Source: an uncultured Verrucomicrobiae bacterium
GTDB lineage: Bacteria; Verrucomicrobiota; Verrucomicrobiia; Limisphaerales; Palsa-1400
Assembly: GCA_963702845.1 (NCBI GenBank)
Contig: OY969763.1
Location: 5,568,001-5,632,000, forward strand
Length of the DNA: 64,000 nt
Direction of reading: 5' to 3'
Shown here: positions 59,083 to 64,000 of the stretch, piece by piece
How the letters are laid out: the number at the start of each line of letters is the position of its first letter
Numbering within the stretch: position 1 is the first letter of the stretch
The notes under the pieces: generated by a model
Database searches by the model: none
What the model was told of the DNA's origin: nothing
What the model saw: only the letters and a program-made list of their open reading frames with translations
Position numbers and translations under genes: made by a program

Positions 59083-59853
59083 CTACGAGAGGCTGAGTGC
59101 GGAAAACAGATGCCTCAGTTCTTCTTCAACTTCCTCGCGCGTGTTTACCGTTTCCGCAATTTCCGATCGCAGCACTTCGCGGTAACGCTGCCGTAGGCGA
59201 TGAGCTGCCACTTTGATTGCGCCTTCGCTGCTATCGAGCCGTTTCGCGATCGTTGCGTAAGCGGCGCCTCCCTGATCCCCGCTGATCGTCGACTTTAATT
59301 CCTCGTACAGTTGCCGCTTGCCCTCAGATTCGTATTCGGCGGCCAATCGTTGTAACGTTCGGTCCAGCAAAGTCATTGCCCAACGCCGTTCGAAAATCTT
59401 GTCCGCGCTCAGGCTATCCGCTGGTTCGAAACGATACGTATTCTCCGCCGCATCCCGATCAATCGAGATCACCGTCTTGCCGCCTCCGCGCTTCTGCGCA
59501 TTCGCGCGGTCCCATTCGTTCGCTAAAAAATGTTTCAACGCCGCGACCAAAAACGATCGGAACTTCCCTTTGGCCTGATCGACGTCAGCGAGGTAATTGC
59601 GCTCGAGCAATCGCGCGAAAAACGCCTGCGTCAAATCCTCCGCATCGTGCGGATTGCGACCTTGCCGCCGCACGAAGGCATAGAGTGGATACCAATAATT
59701 CCGGCACAACGTCTCCAGTGCTTCGCTCGATTGCGGCGAATGCTGGTCACGCGCCGACAGAACCACCGACCATCGCGTCGCCGCGAATGGAGCGCGCCCG
59801 GAAGATTTAGGTTTAGTTGTGGTCACTGCTTGGGTTAGTTGGTCAGTCGACAC
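59083..59853 (-). CDS. ECF RNA polymerase sigma factor (kinase-associated type)
   Basis: FAATRWSVV, YWYPLYAFVRR, DAEDLTQAFF, KFRSFL, region 4 SEGAIKVAAHRLRQRY. Confidence 0.92.
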   Translation of the reverse strand: MSTDQLTQAVTTTKPKSSGRAPFAATRWSVVLSARDQHSPQSSEALETLCRNYWYPLYAFVRRQGRNPHDAEDLTQAFFARLLERNYLADVDQAKGKFRSFLVAALKHFLANEWDRANAQKRGGGKTVISIDRDAAENTYRFEPADSLSADKIFERRWAMTLLDRTLQRLAAEYESEGKRQLYEELKSTISGDQGGAAYATIAKRLDSSEGAIKVAAHRLRQRYREVLRSEIAETVNTREEVEEELRHLFSALSLS

Positions 59854-59926
59854 TAGAGAACGGCCTCACTAAGTTCAAACCGGATTTTGATTGAGACTTC
59901 TCCGCAACGTGCTCTCCTCTTGAACG

Positions 59927-60793
59927 ATGAACAAATTCACAACCACCATTTTGTTCGCTCTTATTCTCTGCACGTCCATGCGCGCCGCCGAATGCTTCGA
60001 GAAATACACCTTGGGTTATGACGCGCCGACCGACGCCAAACTCCAAGCCGCACTCGAAAAAATCGATTCCACACTCCGCACGCAACTCGAAATAAAACCG
60101 GACCAGCGCTCCGTCGGCATTCTCGACTTGAAAACCTGCCGCCTCGCCATGATCGATCCCGACCGTGGTGACTATGCTGCCAGCGTCGCCAAAGTCGGTA
60201 TTCTACTTGCCTATTTCCAGCTCCACCCCGAAGCGGCCACCAACATCGACCCCATCGCCAAACACGAACTCGGCCGCATGGCTAAAGCGTCCGACAACGA
60301 AATGGCCTCAAAATACTCCCACGAGCTCGGCCTCAAAAAAATCCAATCCATCCTGAACAGCTACGACCTCTACAATACCAACCACGGCGGCGGCATCTGG
60401 GTCGGCAAACATTACGGTAAAGGCACCGAACGGTTCGGCGACCCCATCGGCGACAACTCACATGCCGCGACCATTCGCCAACTCCTGCGCTACTTCCTCT
60501 GGCTCGAACAAGGCAAACTCGTTTCCCCCGCCGCGAGCAAAACCATGCGCGACATTTTCGCCTCTCCCGATATTCCGCATGACGACATCAAGTTCGTGAA
60601 AGGCCTCGCCGGTCGCAATCTGCAGATCATCCGCAAATGGGGCACCTGGCAGGATTGGCTCCACGACAGCGCCATCGTTACCGGCGCGAATCGTCATTAC
60701 ATTTTGGTCGCCATGACCCGCAACCCAAAAGGCGACGATTACCTCGTCGAACTCTCGAAACGAATCGACGACACGTTAAGCGCGTCTCAATAA
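59927..60793 (+). CDS. Class A beta-lactamase-like serine hydrolase
   Basis: Signal peptide; ASVAK (SxxK), SDN, KWG at the KTG position, HDSAIV. Confidence 0.8.
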   Translation: MNKFTTTILFALILCTSMRAAECFEKYTLGYDAPTDAKLQAALEKIDSTLRTQLEIKPDQRSVGILDLKTCRLAMIDPDRGDYAASVAKVGILLAYFQLHPEAATNIDPIAKHELGRMAKASDNEMASKYSHELGLKKIQSILNSYDLYNTNHGGGIWVGKHYGKGTERFGDPIGDNSHAATIRQLLRYFLWLEQGKLVSPAASKTMRDIFASPDIPHDDIKFVKGLAGRNLQIIRKWGTWQDWLHDSAIVTGANRHYILVAMTRNPKGDDYLVELSKRIDDTLSASQ

Positions 60794-60804
60794 TAATAAT
60801 AACT

Positions 60805-62859
60805 ATGAACCGTCTTCGGTCATTCATCGTATGCTTGTTACTGCCGTTGTGCATGCAGGCAAAGGACCTCTATCCCATTCGACCATTGTCGGAGAAAGAA
60901 TTGTTACAGACTTACACGATGATGCTGCGGGACGCCTGCCGACACGGCGACCAATTCTTTACCAATGTAGCCACTGATCCACGCATGGGCCGCTGGTACA
61001 CGGGGGCTAGCGGCGAGCAAGGCATTCGTCCCATGTGTGGAATGGTCCTGGCCAACGCCGCGCTTTTGAAATATTCCGACATCCTCACCCCAGCCGAACG
61101 CGAGGAATACAAAAGCAAAACTCTCGCCACACTCCGTTACCTTACCTCCACTCATGTGACCGGCACGCAAAAATGTCCCGACGGCAAGCCATGGGGCAAT
61201 CATTGGCAGTCCGCATTTTGGGACGCAACGGCCACTTTTGGCGCGTGGCTAATCTGGGACGATCTCGATGCCCAGTTACAAAAAGACGTCGAACGCGTCA
61301 TCGCTCACGAATCCGACCGCTTCCTCCCCACCAAACCGCCCGGTGGCAGTTTCAACGATACCAAAGCCGAAGAAAACGGTTGGAATCTCACCTGCATTGC
61401 CATGGCCGCGAACATGTTTCCCAATCATCCACACGCGTCGCAATGGAACCAAAAAGCCATCGAATACATGATGAACACTTTGTCCGCGCCGCAAGACGCC
61501 AAGGACAACACGATCGTCGACGGCCGTCCGGTCCGTGAATGGTTTTCCGGTGCCAATGTCCATTCCGACTTCACCTTGGAAAACCACGGCTTCTTTCATC
61601 CGTCTTACATCGCCTGCAGCTCCTATTTCCTGACGCAAACCGCGATGTATTACACCTACGCGCATCAATCCGTCCCGCAGGCGGCCAACCATCATCTCCT
61701 CGACACATGGCACCTGTACCAAAAATTCATCCTGCCCAATGGCGAAGCCGCCTATCCGCAAGGCATGGATTGGGAACTTCACAATTTGCCTTACTTTAAC
61801 CTATTCGCATCACTTGCCAGCTATCAGAAAGATCCGCTGGCTGCGCGCCTGGAGTCCCAATCGCTTCAACTCTTCCACGCCTGGCAAGAAATGTCTGACG
61901 ACGGTAGCCTCACCTTTCTTGGCTCGAGATTCGGCTTCACCCGACACGCCTGCACCATCGATCAGCTCACCTGGGCCTTTCTCGCCCACAAAATTTTCGG
62001 CCCAGCAACTCGGGAAGTTTCCGCGAAAAAAGCCGAATCGATCGTGGACGGCGTGCATTCTTACGATGACGTCAAACTCATCACCCAACGCAGCGACAAG
62101 GAATTCGTCTCATTTTCCTGGACCAACTACGTCATGGGCATGCTCGTCCCCATTGCCGCAGGCCACGAAACAAATCCGGACTTCACCGCTCCGATCCGCG
62201 ACGGATTCGTCGGCACCTTCGAACCTTTGCCGAAACGTTCGAAACCCGTCGCTATCGAACACAGTTGGAAAAAGACCAAAAAAGGATTTGAAACATCAGG
62301 AGTCCTGCTCCTGAACGACGGCGCTTTGAAACAACAGCTTGGCGTTACCACTGTTGGCAAACAAACCGTCGTCTATCAAGATCGCGTCACCGCCGTTCAC
62401 AACGTGAAAATCAACGAGGAACACGGCATCGCCCTCGGCATAGAAAATGACCAAATCACCGGTGGCACGAGAGTCGTTTACCATCAAAGCGGCTCAACCA
62501 CTTTCAACCAGGCTTCACCGCAAATCCCAACCGTCATTCCCGGTTCATGGGCAAACGTCGACAGCCGCCTCGGCCTCGTCATCATTTCCGGCTCCGGCAT
62601 ATGCTATAAGCAGGCCCAAGGCTATTCGCCCGGTATCTCGATTTGTCAGGACATCCTCTACGGTTCGTTCGCGGTTCATCCAGGACAGTTCAAAGCCGGC
62701 GAAGAAGTCGCCCACCGCGTCGCCATTCTTTGCGCCGAAGTCACTCCGGAACAAACCGCTGCCATTGCTCGATCCGCCCATTTGGAACAGCGCGGAAACA
62801 AACAAATCCTTCGCTTCAAGCTTCCCGAAGGCACATCCACGGAACTTCAATTGCAATAA
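60805..62859 (+). CDS. Large secreted protein, lyase/heparinase-like architecture (tentative)
   Basis: Signal peptide; helical N-terminal half with WGNHWQSAFW, DTKAEENGW, ENHGFFHPSY; beta-rich C-terminal half. Confidence 0.6.
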   Translation: MNRLRSFIVCLLLPLCMQAKDLYPIRPLSEKELLQTYTMMLRDACRHGDQFFTNVATDPRMGRWYTGASGEQGIRPMCGMVLANAALLKYSDILTPAEREEYKSKTLATLRYLTSTHVTGTQKCPDGKPWGNHWQSAFWDATATFGAWLIWDDLDAQLQKDVERVIAHESDRFLPTKPPGGSFNDTKAEENGWNLTCIAMAANMFPNHPHASQWNQKAIEYMMNTLSAPQDAKDNTIVDGRPVREWFSGANVHSDFTLENHGFFHPSYIACSSYFLTQTAMYYTYAHQSVPQAANHHLLDTWHLYQKFILPNGEAAYPQGMDWELHNLPYFNLFASLASYQKDPLAARLESQSLQLFHAWQEMSDDGSLTFLGSRFGFTRHACTIDQLTWAFLAHKIFGPATREVSAKKAESIVDGVHSYDDVKLITQRSDKEFVSFSWTNYVMGMLVPIAAGHETNPDFTAPIRDGFVGTFEPLPKRSKPVAIEHSWKKTKKGFETSGVLLLNDGALKQQLGVTTVGKQTVVYQDRVTAVHNVKINEEHGIALGIENDQITGGTRVVYHQSGSTTFNQASPQIPTVIPGSWANVDSRLGLVIISGSGICYKQAQGYSPGISICQDILYGSFAVHPGQFKAGEEVAHRVAILCAEVTPEQTAAIARSAHLEQRGNKQILRFKLPEGTSTELQLQ

Positions 62860-62901
62860 AGTGCGTGTCACGCCGAGCCCGCGTAAACGTATTCGGCCTT
62901 C

Positions 62902-64000
62902 TTACTTGTTAGTTGCCGTCGTCCAAACCGGCGCCAGCCACGCCACTGGCTGCTTTGGATTCGCTTTCGGAACATCGCCGCCACCAGCACTCCACACCCG
63001 TACAAAAAATAGCGCGCGTTCGCATCCTGAATGGTCGGGCTCCAATGCACTGCAAAGGTTGGTTCGGGGCTGAAACTTTTCACAACCTTCCCGCCGTCCT
63101 TTACGATATCGATTTTCGTGATCTTATCCTTTGCACGCGTCGTGTCTGGATCGCTCACTTCAATCTCAAACTGAAAACTGTTCGACTTGTCGAGGGTCGA
63201 GCCCATGATCGCGCCGTTCACGGTATAACGACATTGGATGTTGCGATCCAGTGCCGCATATGTGCGCCGGTTTTTCATCCCGTCCAGAATCGCCGCCTTC
63301 GTTTTATTGGTCGCTAACACAAACGTCCGCGACACCAGGCTGACGATTCCCTCCGTGCCATGGTTGTCATGCCCGCACACCGGAGAAACTTTCCAGCCAT
63401 GATCCAGCGCAGCAATAAAGCCCGCGTAATGAATGTGGTCCTGCCCGTTGATCACCTCCAACATCGTGATTACATCGGTTACCGCGTTGTCGCGATGCGA
63501 CCAATTGTCGTATTGATGCTCGCCCGGATGATTAAACGTCGCGACCACCGGCCCGTCGCCATTCGGTTTCGCCGTCGCCAGCCATTTATATAAGAACGGC
63601 AGATCAACACCCGGGGAAAACGCATTCAAGTAAGCCGCCGAATTGATGACGTTGATGTGTCCCTTGCCGCCGGGTCCGTTGTTCTCCGAGTGCTCATAAC
63701 CGGCGATCGCTACAAAATCACAGTCCGTCGCCTCTTGTGCCTGCCGTTTCGTCGCGGTCCATGCTGCGTTCGTAGGACTGACGGGGTGAAAGGGCGTGTC
63801 TTGCGAATGATCGCTGGTGACGTAAAAATCGTAACCATTCTTTCTCGCAATCGCGTAATGAACCGACGGCGGTCCTTGAACTTTCTGCCAGTCGGGTCGC
63901 AGGACCATGTTTTTTGTCGCTGTCTGCACGCCGTCTTTCGAAACCTGGACTAAAGACTCCTTCGGGCCCGGCGCCGTGTTCTTGGCCCGCTTGAATTGCG
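62902..64000 (-). CDS. CehA/McbA-like PHP-fold metallohydrolase; 5' end outside the window; homopolymer frameshift near 63005
   Basis: YDFYVTSDHS, GYEHS, GHIN, FNHP, EVING, GHDNHG; adding one T gives RYFFVRVWS...AWLAPVWTTATNK-stop at 62902. Confidence 0.8.

Overview
Bacterial chromosomal DNA of moderate-high GC. The gene content points to Verrucomicrobiota, probably Pedosphaera-like (inference from DUF1559-type prepilin proteins, an ECF sigma/Ser-Thr kinase pair, a PUR-domain protein, squalene-hopene cyclase and secreted proteins with a shared C-terminal domain). Housekeeping genes (dnaG, rsfS, pyrD, grpE-dnaJ-rsmE, sufT, pyc) are interleaved with secreted hydrolases, stress proteins, a sulfonate/nitrate-type ABC transporter and signalling genes. 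I saw no rRNA, tRNA, CRISPR array, transposase or prophage gene. Many single-base indels break otherwise conserved genes (densest at about 24-28 kb and 31-33 kb) and look like long-read assembly errors. The most interesting items are: (1) a kinase-regulator-effector module whose effector combines a TPR-like region, a Wzc-like coiled coil, about 11 ankyrin repeats and two SLBB-like domains, with the same TTTACAA-N5-TGACAA box upstream of both the kinase and the effector; (2) dispersed 7-10 nt imperfect tandem repeats at gene junctions and inside reading frames, piled up in a 780-nt spacer; (3) an EF-hand membrane protein paired with DUF4337; (4) a shared C-terminal domain on three unrelated secreted proteins; (5) recently duplicated prepilin-like genes with Asp in place of Glu5. 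Family names are from motif recognition; no searches were run.
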